DNA from: Nitrospirota bacterium
GTDB taxonomy: Bacteria; Nitrospirota; UBA9217
NCBI GenBank assembly: GCA_963790205.1
Contig: CAWBNQ010000005.1
Location: 96,001 to 160,000 of the forward strand
Direction: 5' to 3'
DNA: 64,000 nucleotides
A model generated the notes under the pieces. The model ran no database searches, was not told where the DNA came from, and saw only the letters and a program-made list of their open reading frames with translations. Positions 39,286-49,314 of this stretch are shown here, piece by piece. Within the stretch, counting starts at the first letter, position 1, and each line of letters starts with the position of its first letter. The translations under genes were made by a program, and so were the position numbers.

Positions 39286-40527
39286 ATGATATTTTCATCT
39301 CCGCAGATAATTACCATGCCTGGCACTGCTCCAGTAAACAATGGAGCCGTTGTAATCAGTAACGGATCCGTACTTACCGCAGGCCCAGCAAAAAAGATCA
39401 TCAGGATGTACCCGGGTCACCGAGTGCTTCATCTGGAAAATACAATCCTCATGCCTGGCCTGATCAATCTTCATACCCACCTCGAGCTTCCGCCTCTTCT
39501 CGACATCATTCGCGCTAAGACTTTTCCGGACTGGGTTCTTAATCTCATAAGAATGAAAAAGGGACTTACTGCCGGAGATTATGACCTTGCAACAAGGCAG
39601 AACATCAAGATGCTTATGCGTACCGGCACGACGACTGCGGCAGAGATTTGCACGCACAATATAAGTCCTGTAATCCTGAAGCGGAGCGGTTTGAGGGCGA
39701 TAATATATCAAGAAGTGATTTCTATGAATCCCCTATCCCCTTCTCCCCCCCTTGCGTTCTTTGGCAATTGTACTCCAGGCAAACTTATCCACTGCGGCCT
39801 GTCCCCGCATACGCCCTATACGGTATCCGAAGCAGCGTTGCGTGCGATCAATCTGTTTTCGAGAAAAAATGATATCCGCCTTGCCATGCATGTGGCGGAA
39901 TCAAAAGACGAGATATTGCTGCTGAAGCAAAAAAAGAACGGCCTCGAAAAAATTTATCAATCTGCAAAATGGGACCTTGCCTGGGCGCCGAAAGGCACCT
40001 CTTCCTTCGAATACCTGGACAGGATCGGTGTGCTCTCCTCTAACCTTCTGGCCGTACATGCTGTTCAAATAACGGATACAGACATCACACTGATTAAAAA
40101 GTCTAAGATGTCCGTTGCACACTGTCCCAGGAGCAATAAAGAGACCGGCGTCGGCAGGATGCCGCTTAAAAAGTTCCTTGATGAGGGAATCACGGTAGGG
40201 CTCGGCACGGACAGCCTGGCAAGCTCGCCAAGTTTGAACATGTGGGACGAGATGCGGTACGCGCTTCGGGTACACCGGCGCGATGGGATCACGGCCAAAG
40301 AGATATTCAAACTCGCGACCATCGGCGGCGCGAAGGCGCTCGGCCTGGAAAAGGAGATCGGCTCTCTCGAAGCCGGGAAGCGAGCGGACCTCATTGCCGT
40401 TCCCCTGCCGGCGAAAAATACGGGGGACCTCTATTCGGACTTGCTCAGAGAAACGAAATCCTGTATTATGGCCATGGTGGACGGGAAGATACTTTATTCA
40501 GAAGAGGAAAAAAATGAAACGGCTTGA
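39286..40527 (+). CDS. Amidohydrolase, probable aminodeoxyfutalosine deaminase
   Basis: PGLINLHTHLE, SPHTPY, HVAES, HCPRSN and LGTDS; operon with mqnE and mqnC. Confidence 0.75.
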   Translation: MIFSSPQIITMPGTAPVNNGAVVISNGSVLTAGPAKKIIRMYPGHRVLHLENTILMPGLINLHTHLELPPLLDIIRAKTFPDWVLNLIRMKKGLTAGDYDLATRQNIKMLMRTGTTTAAEICTHNISPVILKRSGLRAIIYQEVISMNPLSPSPPLAFFGNCTPGKLIHCGLSPHTPYTVSEAALRAINLFSRKNDIRLAMHVAESKDEILLLKQKKNGLEKIYQSAKWDLAWAPKGTSSFEYLDRIGVLSSNLLAVHAVQITDTDITLIKKSKMSVAHCPRSNKETGVGRMPLKKFLDEGITVGLGTDSLASSPSLNMWDEMRYALRVHRRDGITAKEIFKLATIGGAKALGLEKEIGSLEAGKRADLIAVPLPAKNTGDLYSDLLRETKSCIMAMVDGKILYSEEEKNETA

Positions 40528-40819
40528 TCGAGGATTGTTTATAATCCTTGCGGCAGTGGCTCTCCTGGTGTCCTGCACTGACGACAAGAACCCGGTCCAG
40601 CAGTACGGGAACACCATGGTGCAATCCTTGAAAAGCGCCAAGAAACTCGATGCCTCGGTAAATGTTCAACAAGTCCGGAAGTCGATCCAGGAATTTTATG
40701 CGGCGAACGGCAGGTATCCCGCCGACCTCAATGAGCTGTCGTCGTTCAACGGCATGACGCTGAAAAGCGATAATTATGATTACGACCCGGCGACCGGGAC
40801 TTTGACGGAAAAGCAGTAA
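40514..40819 (+). CDS. Small lipoprotein with a pseudopilin-like motif
   Basis: ATG 40514 after GAGGA, lipobox LVSC and IQEFYAANGRYPADLNEL. Confidence 0.7.
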   Translation: MKRLDRGLFIILAAVALLVSCTDDKNPVQQYGNTMVQSLKSAKKLDASVNVQQVRKSIQEFYAANGRYPADLNELSSFNGMTLKSDNYDYDPATGTLTEKQ

Positions 40820-40857
40820 TTCCGGAGACCATACACCCCATCAACCAAAACCGAAAG

Positions 40858-41931
<1,074 letters not shown>

Positions 41932-41991
41932 CGGGGAGTTCGTGGCAGACAGGTCGTTGCGAAGAAGTTTCTCTCTCACCGGTAAACAAAA

Positions 41992-43074
41992 ATGAATAAG
42001 GATATAAAAAAGATCGTCACGAAAGCGACCCGGGGATCGCGGCTCGATATTGATGAAGGCCTGGCCCTGTTAAAACACGCAGACCTCCTGACTCTTGGGG
42101 AACTTGCGAACTGCGTTCGTAAACGACTCCATCCCGAACGGCTGGTGACGTTCATCGTGGACCGGAACATCAATTACACGAACGTTTGCGTGAACAAGTG
42201 CCAATTCTGCGCGTTTTACCGCGAGGCAGGCAGTCCCGAGGCCTACCTTTTATCGAAAGAAGATATTTTCAAAAAGATCGAGGAGACCATTGCTTTAGGC
42301 GGGACACAGATCCTGATGCAGGGAGGCGTCCACCCTGATCTCGGCGTAGAGTATTTTGAAGATCTTCTGTCGTCGATCAAGTCGAGATTTAACATTCAGA
42401 TCCATTCGCTATCGCCTGCCGAGATCGATTACGTGGCGAGGAAAGCGGACATCAGCATCCTGAATGCACTCGGGCGTCTGAAAGCCGCAGGATTGGATTC
42501 CATTCCCGGCGGCGGTGCGGAAATCCTCGTGGATCGGGTACGGAAAAAAGTCAGCCCGAACAAGATCCGGTGGCGACAGTGGGCAGAGGTCATGAAAACC
42601 GCCCAGAAACTGGGCATGCCCACGACTGCGACCATGATGTTCGGGAGCCTTGAGACCGAAAGGGAGATTGTGAAGCATCTGGTGCGACTTCGTGATATTC
42701 AAGACGAAACGGGCGGATTCACGGCTTTCATCCCCTGGACATACCAGCCAGGCAATACCAAACTTGGCGGACGCCCGGCAACGGCAGTTGAATATTTGAA
42801 GACGCTTGCCCTCTCCCGTATCATGCTCGATAATTTCGACAATGTCCAGGCTTCCTGGGTAACTCAAGGAGCTAAAATAGCCCAAGTTGCGCTTGAGTTC
42901 GGCGCTAATGACTTTGGGAGCACCATGATCGAGGAAAATGTCGTGGCAGCTGCCGGCGTTACGTTCAGGATGACAAGGCAGGAGATCGTGAATTTGATAA
43001 CTGACGCCGGTTATATTCCGGCCCAGCGAGACACCCGATATAATATTTTGAAAAGAGAAGACCTGAACTTATAA
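41992..43074 (+). CDS. mqnC: Cyclic dehypoxanthine futalosine synthase (radical SAM)
   Basis: DRNINYTNVC...C.FCAF, QGGVHP, QASWVTQG and GSTMIEENV. Confidence 0.94.
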   Translation: MNKDIKKIVTKATRGSRLDIDEGLALLKHADLLTLGELANCVRKRLHPERLVTFIVDRNINYTNVCVNKCQFCAFYREAGSPEAYLLSKEDIFKKIEETIALGGTQILMQGGVHPDLGVEYFEDLLSSIKSRFNIQIHSLSPAEIDYVARKADISILNALGRLKAAGLDSIPGGGAEILVDRVRKKVSPNKIRWRQWAEVMKTAQKLGMPTTATMMFGSLETEREIVKHLVRLRDIQDETGGFTAFIPWTYQPGNTKLGGRPATAVEYLKTLALSRIMLDNFDNVQASWVTQGAKIAQVALEFGANDFGSTMIEENVVAAAGVTFRMTRQEIVNLITDAGYIPAQRDTRYNILKREDLNL

Positions 43075-43204
43075 AATGATGCCGAACAAAAGGGATGTAC
43101 TTGCAGCCAATTGAGTGATACGGGTGATATATAATACAGCGAGCTGATCACATTTCTTCTGCCGTCTGTCAGGAAAACATTTTATAAACTAGGGCTTATC
43201 TTCT

Positions 43205-43308
43205 CTTTGCACAAAGTGTGTTGAAAACCTGTTATTAACTCTGTGGATATATTTTTTTCTGTCGCTTTCTCCGCGAATAAAACGCAAATTGCACAATAGT
43301 TATACATA
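43205..43308. promoter_or_regulatory. Cluster of degenerate DnaA boxes
   Basis: CTTTGCACA, TGTTGAAAA, TGTTATTAA, TGTGGATAT, AATTGCACA and TTATACATA; 1-2 mismatches each to TTWTNCACA or its complement. Confidence 0.5.
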
Positions 43309-43331
43309 TAAAGTTAAATAAAAATAAATAG

Positions 43332-44612
43332 TTACAATATTTTTGCTAAAACGGCCTCTTTTTCCACCGTTTCAATCTTTACGCTCAATTCCTTGCCGAT
43401 ATGGCTGTTTTTCGCGCCGAAAACGAGCACCCTCATGTAATTATCAGTGAGGCCTGTTAAAAGGCCTGAATGTACGTCCTTTTTGTCTTCGACGACCACT
43501 TTAAGCTCCGACCCCTGACATTTTTTTCTGAAATCAAAGTTCTTCTTATTGCCGAGTTCGCGGAGCGTCTCGCTTCGCTCTTTTTTTACCTGATCAGGCA
43601 CCTGTTGCATCAGCTCGGCAGCGCGAGTGCCTGGACGCGGGGAGTAACTGAAGACATGCAGGTGGGTCAACGGAGACTGTTCCACCAGTTCCAGGGTATT
43701 TTGAAACTCCTTTTCCCCTTCGCCCGGAAATCCTACCATGACGTCGGCTCCCAGTGCAACGCCGGGGACCCTCTGTGAGATATCTTCAAGCACGACCCGG
43801 TAAAACCCGGAGGTATAGTTCCGCTTCATTGCCGTCAAAATAGTGTCATCACCGCTCTGCAGAGGGATATGGAGGTGTCTGCAGAGTGCCGGGCCCAGGT
43901 AACTGATCAACTCAGCGGTAATTTCAGTCGGTTCGATCGAGCTCAGACGTATCCTCGTATGACCTCGTTTGGAAATCAGCGCGGCGAGCAGTTCCGTAAG
44001 ATCGGTCACGGGCCTGAGGTCCGACCCGTAGGCGCCGATGTGAATGCCGGTCAGCACTACTTCCGGACAACCCTTCCGCACCAGTCGCTCAAATTCGCTG
44101 ACCACGTTGGCGAACCCGACGCTGCGAGAACCACCCCGGGCAAGCGGCACTATACAATACGAACACCGGTTGTCGCAGCCGTCCTGGATTTTGAGGAACC
44201 CCCGTGTTTGTCCCTGTGGTGTTTTTATCGATACCGGAACGCTGCCGGTCGGCGGGATTTCAGGTATCGATGTTGAGACCTCTTTCATGATGTGATGCGG
44301 GATCGTGGCTTTGTCGCGGTTCCCGATCACAAGATCGACGCCCGGGATGTTCTTGAGTTCATCGGGCCGTGTCTCTGCATAACAGCCGGTCACTATGACC
44401 TTGGCGGCATGCCCGCGCCGCACCGCTGCCCTGATCACCTGTCTGCACTGATAATCGCTTTTTGCAGTCACCGAGCAGGTATTGATGATATAAACATCCG
44501 CCTCGGCATCGAAAGGCACGATCGTATTGCCCTGAGACAGGAGGTCCTGGCGCATCAAGTTGGTTTCATATTGATTGATCTTGCATCCGAGGGTTGTAAA
44601 GGCTATTCGCAT
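43332..44612 (-). CDS. mtaB: tRNA t6A37 methylthiotransferase
   Basis: TLGCKINQYE, NTCSVT, KIQDGCDNRCSYC, RLSSIEP and HVFSYSPRPGT. Confidence 0.93.
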   Translation of the reverse strand: MRIAFTTLGCKINQYETNLMRQDLLSQGNTIVPFDAEADVYIINTCSVTAKSDYQCRQVIRAAVRRGHAAKVIVTGCYAETRPDELKNIPGVDLVIGNRDKATIPHHIMKEVSTSIPEIPPTGSVPVSIKTPQGQTRGFLKIQDGCDNRCSYCIVPLARGGSRSVGFANVVSEFERLVRKGCPEVVLTGIHIGAYGSDLRPVTDLTELLAALISKRGHTRIRLSSIEPTEITAELISYLGPALCRHLHIPLQSGDDTILTAMKRNYTSGFYRVVLEDISQRVPGVALGADVMVGFPGEGEKEFQNTLELVEQSPLTHLHVFSYSPRPGTRAAELMQQVPDQVKKERSETLRELGNKKNFDFRKKCQGSELKVVVEDKKDVHSGLLTGLTDNYMRVLVFGAKNSHIGKELSVKIETVEKEAVLAKIL

Positions 44613-45913
44613 ATTGTGCCGGTGAGGGAGTTAACGCCCGACGAAACGATCTTAACGCGTATGAGCGAACCGATCAGGGAGGCCGGCCCGTCGATATTCA
44701 CTGCTTTATTCCCGCGGGTCCTGCCGGTGACCGTCCTTCCCCGCTTGCTGTGACCATCGACAAGGACTTCCTGGACCGTTCCTGAGAGCTCTTTGTTCCT
44801 CTTTTCGGTTATGGAATTTTGAAGGTCAAGCACGCGAGCGAGGCGCTCTTCCTTCACCTGTTCGGGAAGATGGCCGGAAAGTTTCAGGGCCGCCGTTCCC
44901 GGTCTCTTCGAATATTTGAACGCAAAGATGCCGTCGTACCGCACGTCTTCCAGTAACGAGACCGTCATCTCAAAATCCTGTTCTGTTTCCCCCGGGAAAC
45001 CGACGATGATGTCCGTGGTGAGCGCAAGGCCGGATACGGAGCCCCTTAAGCTCATTATTTTATCGAGATATTCGTTGCGGGTGTATTTCCTGTTCATGGA
45101 CGCAAGAACACGGTCTGAACCGCTTTGCACCGGCAGGTGGAGGCTTTCGCAGACCTTCGGAAGAGCGCGGACCGCGGCGATCAATCCCTCCGACAGGTCA
45201 CGCGGGTGGGACGTCACGAACCGTACTCGTTCAATGCCGGGGACATCGTTCACCAACCGAAGAAGCGACGGGAAATCAGCGCTCTGTTCCAGTCTCTTCC
45301 CGTAAGAGTTCACATTCTGTCCAAGGAGGGTCACCTCCTTGTAGCCCTTCCGGGCGAGCTCGCGGACCTCGTCGATGATGTCTTCCGGCAGCCGGGAGCG
45401 TTCCCTGCCCCTGAGGTACGGCACGACGCAGTAAGTGCAGAAATTGTCGCATCCGTACATGATCGAGACCCAGGCTTTGAGCTTGTCGGCGCGCGCTGCA
45501 GGGATGCGCTTCCGGTGATATTCCGGGTCTCCCGTGGTATCGATCACGGGAGACGGCTGAGACAGTCCCTTGTCAACGACCTGCGAAAGTTTCGCGATGT
45601 CCGAAGGACCGAATATCAGATCGACGTACGGTGCGCGGGAAAGGATATTGCGGCCTTCCTGCTGCGCGATACAGCCCGCGACGGCAATCTTGAGGCCCGG
45701 TCTCTCGTCCTTGAGCTTTTTCAGCCTTCCCAGCTCGCTGTAGAACTTCTGTTCTGCCTTTTCACGGATGCTGCAGGTGTTCAGAATGACCAGGTCAGCG
45801 TCCCCGGCAGCGGATGCGGAGGCGCATCCCCGCGCTTCGAGAATGCCCGTCATCCGCTCGGAATCGTGCTCATTCATCTGACAGCCGAAGGTGATGATGT
45901 GGAACGATTTCAT
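44603..45913 (-). CDS. miaB: tRNA i6A37 methylthiotransferase
   Basis: TFGCQMNEHDSE, NTCSIREKAE, GCDNFCTYC, TSHP and a TRAM domain; start ATG 45913. Confidence 0.96.
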   Translation of the reverse strand: MKSFHIITFGCQMNEHDSERMTGILEARGCASASAAGDADLVILNTCSIREKAEQKFYSELGRLKKLKDERPGLKIAVAGCIAQQEGRNILSRAPYVDLIFGPSDIAKLSQVVDKGLSQPSPVIDTTGDPEYHRKRIPAARADKLKAWVSIMYGCDNFCTYCVVPYLRGRERSRLPEDIIDEVRELARKGYKEVTLLGQNVNSYGKRLEQSADFPSLLRLVNDVPGIERVRFVTSHPRDLSEGLIAAVRALPKVCESLHLPVQSGSDRVLASMNRKYTRNEYLDKIMSLRGSVSGLALTTDIIVGFPGETEQDFEMTVSLLEDVRYDGIFAFKYSKRPGTAALKLSGHLPEQVKEERLARVLDLQNSITEKRNKELSGTVQEVLVDGHSKRGRTVTGRTRGNKAVNIDGPASLIGSLIRVKIVSSGVNSLTGTICE

Positions 45914-45920
45914 GGCAGCT

Positions 45921-45949
45921 ATTATAATACTCCGGAGGGGGTTAAACAA
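45921..45949 (-). promoter_or_regulatory. Sigma70 promoter of miaB (likely leaderless)
   Basis: TTGTTT-17-TATAAT-7 nt-ATG. Confidence 0.6.
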
Positions 45950-46052
45950 CAGGTATATTTTACGAAGAAAAAGCTTTGTCGGTTTGAGGAACGCCGGAGG
46001 CCTGATACCCGATAACTCAGGAACGGACCGGGGGATAGAAAAGAGGTCCGTC

Positions 46053-47048
46053 TTATCCCCTGTTCACCGTACCCTGTGGTCGATAGAGCAACAGTTCTTT
46101 CTCAACCATGTCCCGCACTATTTCCTTAAATGATTTTGTTCGCGTCCATTTGAGCCGCTCGATAATTTTAGCGGGATTGCCGCATAATCGGACACTTTCT
46201 GCAGGCCGAAAAAGTTCCGGATCCACTTTGACATATTTTTCATATTCCAGGCCCAGACAGGAAAACGCAGTTTCCACAAATTCCCGCACACTGTGCGTTT
46301 CACCGGTGGCCACCACATAATCGTCCGGCATGTCGGCCTGGAGCATGAGCCACATGGCGTTCACGTAATCCGGCGCATATCCCCAGTCCCGGTACGCATC
46401 CATGTTCCCGAGGATCATGGCGTCCTGGAGCCCCTGCTTGATCTTTACGGCCGACGATACGATCTTCCGGGTCACAAACTCGTATCCGCGTCTCGGCGAT
46501 TCATGATTGTAGAGAATCCCCGTGCAGGCAAACATGCCGTACTGCTCACGATAGTTCTTTACCAGGTGGTAGCTTGCCACTTTGGATATTCCGTAGATGG
46601 AACGCGGGTTAAACGGGGTTGCGTTATCCTGCGGCGCATGAACAACGTTGCCGAACATTTCACTCGTTCCGGCAAAATAAACGCGGCAGTGCGGGACGAA
46701 CTCCTTGAGCGCAGCCAGGAGGTAGTGGGTGCTGTTGACATTGTTATTCAGGATCGATATCTCGTCCTCAAAGGAATAGCTGACAAAGCTTGACGCCGCC
46801 AAGTGATAACACTCATCGGGCACAAGGTCCTTGACCGTCTTGATCAGCGACAGAACGTTGTCCAGCGAAGCCACGTGCAGCTTTATCTTGTCGAGCAGAT
46901 GGCTGATATTTTTCAGCTTGTGTTCAGTGTCCTCGATGGCTATCCGCCGGACAATCCCGTGCACCTCATATCCCTTTGACAGCAGCAGCTCCGTAAGGTA
47001 CGAACCGTCCTGGCCCGCTATCCCCGTGATCAGTGCCTTTTTTGTCAT
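46053..47048 (-). CDS. gmd: GDP-mannose 4,6-dehydratase
   Basis: GIAGQDGSYL, SEMFG, PRSIYGISK, NHESPRRG.EFVTRK and RDWG. Confidence 0.92.
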   Translation of the reverse strand: MTKKALITGIAGQDGSYLTELLLSKGYEVHGIVRRIAIEDTEHKLKNISHLLDKIKLHVASLDNVLSLIKTVKDLVPDECYHLAASSFVSYSFEDEISILNNNVNSTHYLLAALKEFVPHCRVYFAGTSEMFGNVVHAPQDNATPFNPRSIYGISKVASYHLVKNYREQYGMFACTGILYNHESPRRGYEFVTRKIVSSAVKIKQGLQDAMILGNMDAYRDWGYAPDYVNAMWLMLQADMPDDYVVATGETHSVREFVETAFSCLGLEYEKYVKVDPELFRPAESVRLCGNPAKIIERLKWTRTKSFKEIVRDMVEKELLLYRPQGTVNRG

Positions 47049-47220
47049 GCTGGGCTCCCCTGGGCGGCCTTATAAGCAGGGACCGTGAAACGGTATGATA
47101 AACTTAACAGGCATACCTCTTTGAATTTCCGATTTTATACATGCGTACATATTCAAACAATATTTTTATGGGGCATCAGTTGGCGAAAAACGGGGAAATA
47201 CCTTCGTGCACGCATGGTTC

Positions 47221-48027
47221 TCATTTCGGCTGGAGCGTCAATTTGACGGCCTCTCCCCTTTTTATGGACAGCGTCGTGCGGGCGTTCTGTTTGAACATGA
47301 AAATTTCGAGGTAACCGGAGCTGTTGATGATGGCCCCGGGCTCTCCGGGCGCCGCTTCGGAATAAAACTGCTTCAGGCCCTTGATTTCCTTCCCCACGAC
47401 GGACAGGGAGATGGGACCCGAAGGTGTTCCTTCCGGAACGAGTGCCTGCATGTCTTTATGCGTAATGTTCGTGATCGCGTTCCCAAAACGGTCGATATGT
47501 ATGACGTGGCCATCAATACCGTTCGATGATTGTTTGGCAACGGGAACATTCATTTTGACGTAATCTTCGATTTCTTCGCCGAAATTGCCTGACGGGATTC
47601 CTTTGGCAAGCCAGGCCGCTACCGGCGCGAAGATGTCCCTCCCGTGGCAGGTCGGGCCGGGACTGGGAAGATAGTAATGGCTGGCGGTAATGTGATGTAC
47701 CCTGATCCTCTCCGCCTCCTGGTAAATGAGGCTGAAAATACCGTTATCAGGGCCGACGAAAAAATAGCTTTCCGTAACGACAATGATGGGACGCCTGCCG
47801 CTGCCCACGCCGGGATCGACCACGGCGAGGTGTACCGTTCCCTTGGGGAAATAATGATACGCTGTTTTCAGGGTAAACGCGGCTTCCCAGATGTCCTGCG
47901 GCCCGATCTCGTGGGAAATGTCTATGATTTGGGCCTCGGGATTGATCTTAAGAAGCGCCCCCTTCATGCTGCCTGCGAAAGAATCCTTGTTGCCGAAATC
48001 CGTTGTAAGTGAAACGATTATGGACAT
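47221..48027 (-). CDS. SAM hydroxide adenosyltransferase (DUF62 chlorinase/fluorinase family)
   Basis: LTTDFG, VVDPGVG, GPDNG, HGRDIFAP, IDRFGN and NSSGYLEI; start ATG 48027. Confidence 0.92.
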   Translation of the reverse strand: MSIIVSLTTDFGNKDSFAGSMKGALLKINPEAQIIDISHEIGPQDIWEAAFTLKTAYHYFPKGTVHLAVVDPGVGSGRRPIIVVTESYFFVGPDNGIFSLIYQEAERIRVHHITASHYYLPSPGPTCHGRDIFAPVAAWLAKGIPSGNFGEEIEDYVKMNVPVAKQSSNGIDGHVIHIDRFGNAITNITHKDMQALVPEGTPSGPISLSVVGKEIKGLKQFYSEAAPGEPGAIINSSGYLEIFMFKQNARTTLSIKRGEAVKLTLQPK

Positions 48028-48065
48028 CCGCTCCCTCGAAAAAATAATTGTAAAAAACTGAAAGA

Positions 48066-48198
48066 ATAATAACAGCACCCGCGAACTTTGTCAATCCAAA
48101 GATATTTCCTGTACCGGCGAAACCCGCGGCAAGAACAGCCTTGGAACCCGTCCGACCGGGAACCCGTACCTTGACAAATAAGGCGTGTATGCTATGAT
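48066..48198. promoter_or_regulatory. Divergent sigma70 promoters
   Basis: Minus: TTGACA(48089-94)-17-TATTAT(48066-71). Plus: TTGACA(48171-76)-16-TATGAT(48193-98) with TG extension. Confidence 0.6.
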
Positions 48199-48240
48199 AA
48201 CTTTATTCTTTGTAAAAATTCTCTTAACGGAGGTAAAAAA

Positions 48241-48594
48241 ATGGAAGGTGTTAAAACAGTAGTACTTGTCCTTTTCACCGTATTGTTGGGAACAACTATG
48301 GCGATTGCCATGCAGCATGAGGCGTCACTGGAAAAAGGAAAGGCGCTGTTTAATGATCCCAAACTCGGGACGACCGGAAAATCCTGCAATGATTGCCATC
48401 CCGGCGGCAAGGGAGCGGAAAAAGCGGCGGCAAAGAACGATATTGAAGGGATCGTGAATTCCTGCATTACCCATAGTGTCAAAGGAAAAGCGCTCGACGT
48501 GAAGTCCGTGGAAATGCAGTCAATAGTGTTGTACATCAAAAGCCTGGGCGAGAATGCGGCTGCCGCTCCCAAAAAGGCTCCAGTCGGTTGTTAG
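48241..48594 (+). CDS. Periplasmic monoheme cytochrome c (SoxA/TsdA-like domain)
   Basis: Signal peptide, GKALF, CNDCH, IVNSCI...EMQSIVLY; GGAGG SD. Confidence 0.85.
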   Translation: MEGVKTVVLVLFTVLLGTTMAIAMQHEASLEKGKALFNDPKLGTTGKSCNDCHPGGKGAEKAAAKNDIEGIVNSCITHSVKGKALDVKSVEMQSIVLYIKSLGENAAAAPKKAPVGC

Positions 48595-48608
48595 CTTTAT
48601 ACCGTAAA

Positions 48609-48649
48609 CCTATAAAAGCCTCCTGTCGCAGGCAGGGGGCTTTTATAGG
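48609..48649. terminator. Bidirectional terminator between the cytochrome gene and bioD
   Basis: CCTATAAAAGCCTCCTGTC-GCA-GGCAGGGGGCTTTTATAGG. Confidence 0.8.
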
Positions 48650-49314
48650 GCATCAACAATTTCATCGAAGTCGTCGCTTCCGTATCGCACAATCCCCAAC
48701 ACTCGTTCACCTGATATTTCTTCTATTACGGACATACTTGTTTTCTCCGCAAGTCCGTTCTTCCAGTCTTTTGAAAAGTTCATCACGACACCGGCTATCG
48801 GGAGCCGCCGTTTCTGAAGCGCCGCAATCGTCAAGAGCGTATGGTTGATCGTGCCCAGGCCGGGGCGTGAAACGATAAGAACGGGCAGGGAAAGGGATTG
48901 TGCGAGATCAAGGTACAGATAGCTTGCTGACAACGGGACCATGATTCCTCCCGCTCCTTCAACGATTGTGAAATCATGTCTCTTCGAGATCTTCTGAAAA
49001 GAGCTGATTATCCTTGCCGGGTCAACGTATTTTCCTGCAAGTTCGGCGGCAACCGAAGGCGCGAGCGGTCTTGAGAACCGGTATGGGTTTACCAGATCGA
49101 GGGAATCACGCACCCCGGTTGCTTTCATGAGATTGATCGCGTCAGCCGGCATCAAATGACCGGAGCGCCTGCGGCACCCGGTTTCAGCCGGCTTCATCAC
49201 GCCGACATCAATTCCGTCCCGGGTGAGCGTCCTCGCGATACCCCTTGCCACGTAGGTTTTTCCTACACCGGTATCGGTACCGGTGATGAATATCCCCCTG
49301 CCCCTGGTCCTCAT
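48643..49314 (-). CDS. bioD: Dethiobiotin synthetase
   Basis: TGTDTGVGKT, KPAETG, VEGAGG and LGTINHT. Confidence 0.96.
   Translation of the reverse strand: MRTRGRGIFITGTDTGVGKTYVARGIARTLTRDGIDVGVMKPAETGCRRRSGHLMPADAINLMKATGVRDSLDLVNPYRFSRPLAPSVAAELAGKYVDPARIISSFQKISKRHDFTIVEGAGGIMVPLSASYLYLDLAQSLSLPVLIVSRPGLGTINHTLLTIAALQKRRLPIAGVVMNFSKDWKNGLAEKTSMSVIEEISGERVLGIVRYGSDDFDEIVDAL

Noticed and set aside
43075..43331. Possible oriC
   Set aside because: No dnaA/dnaN/gidA nearby, no perfect boxes, flanking genes converge, and dif is about 40 kb away; kept only as a DnaA-box cluster.
47221..48027. Halogenase (fluorinase/chlorinase)
   Set aside because: It retains the DUF62 hydrolase-type VDPGVG..RR and HGRD residues and has no secondary-metabolite context; SAM hydrolase is more likely.
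48589..48594. Stop-codon recoding (Sec/Pyl) after the cytochrome's terminal Gly-Cys, or programmed frameshifting in rmlD/DUF3108
   Set aside because: The stop is TAG followed directly by a terminator; no slippery heptamer or long homopolymer is present at the frameshift sites.
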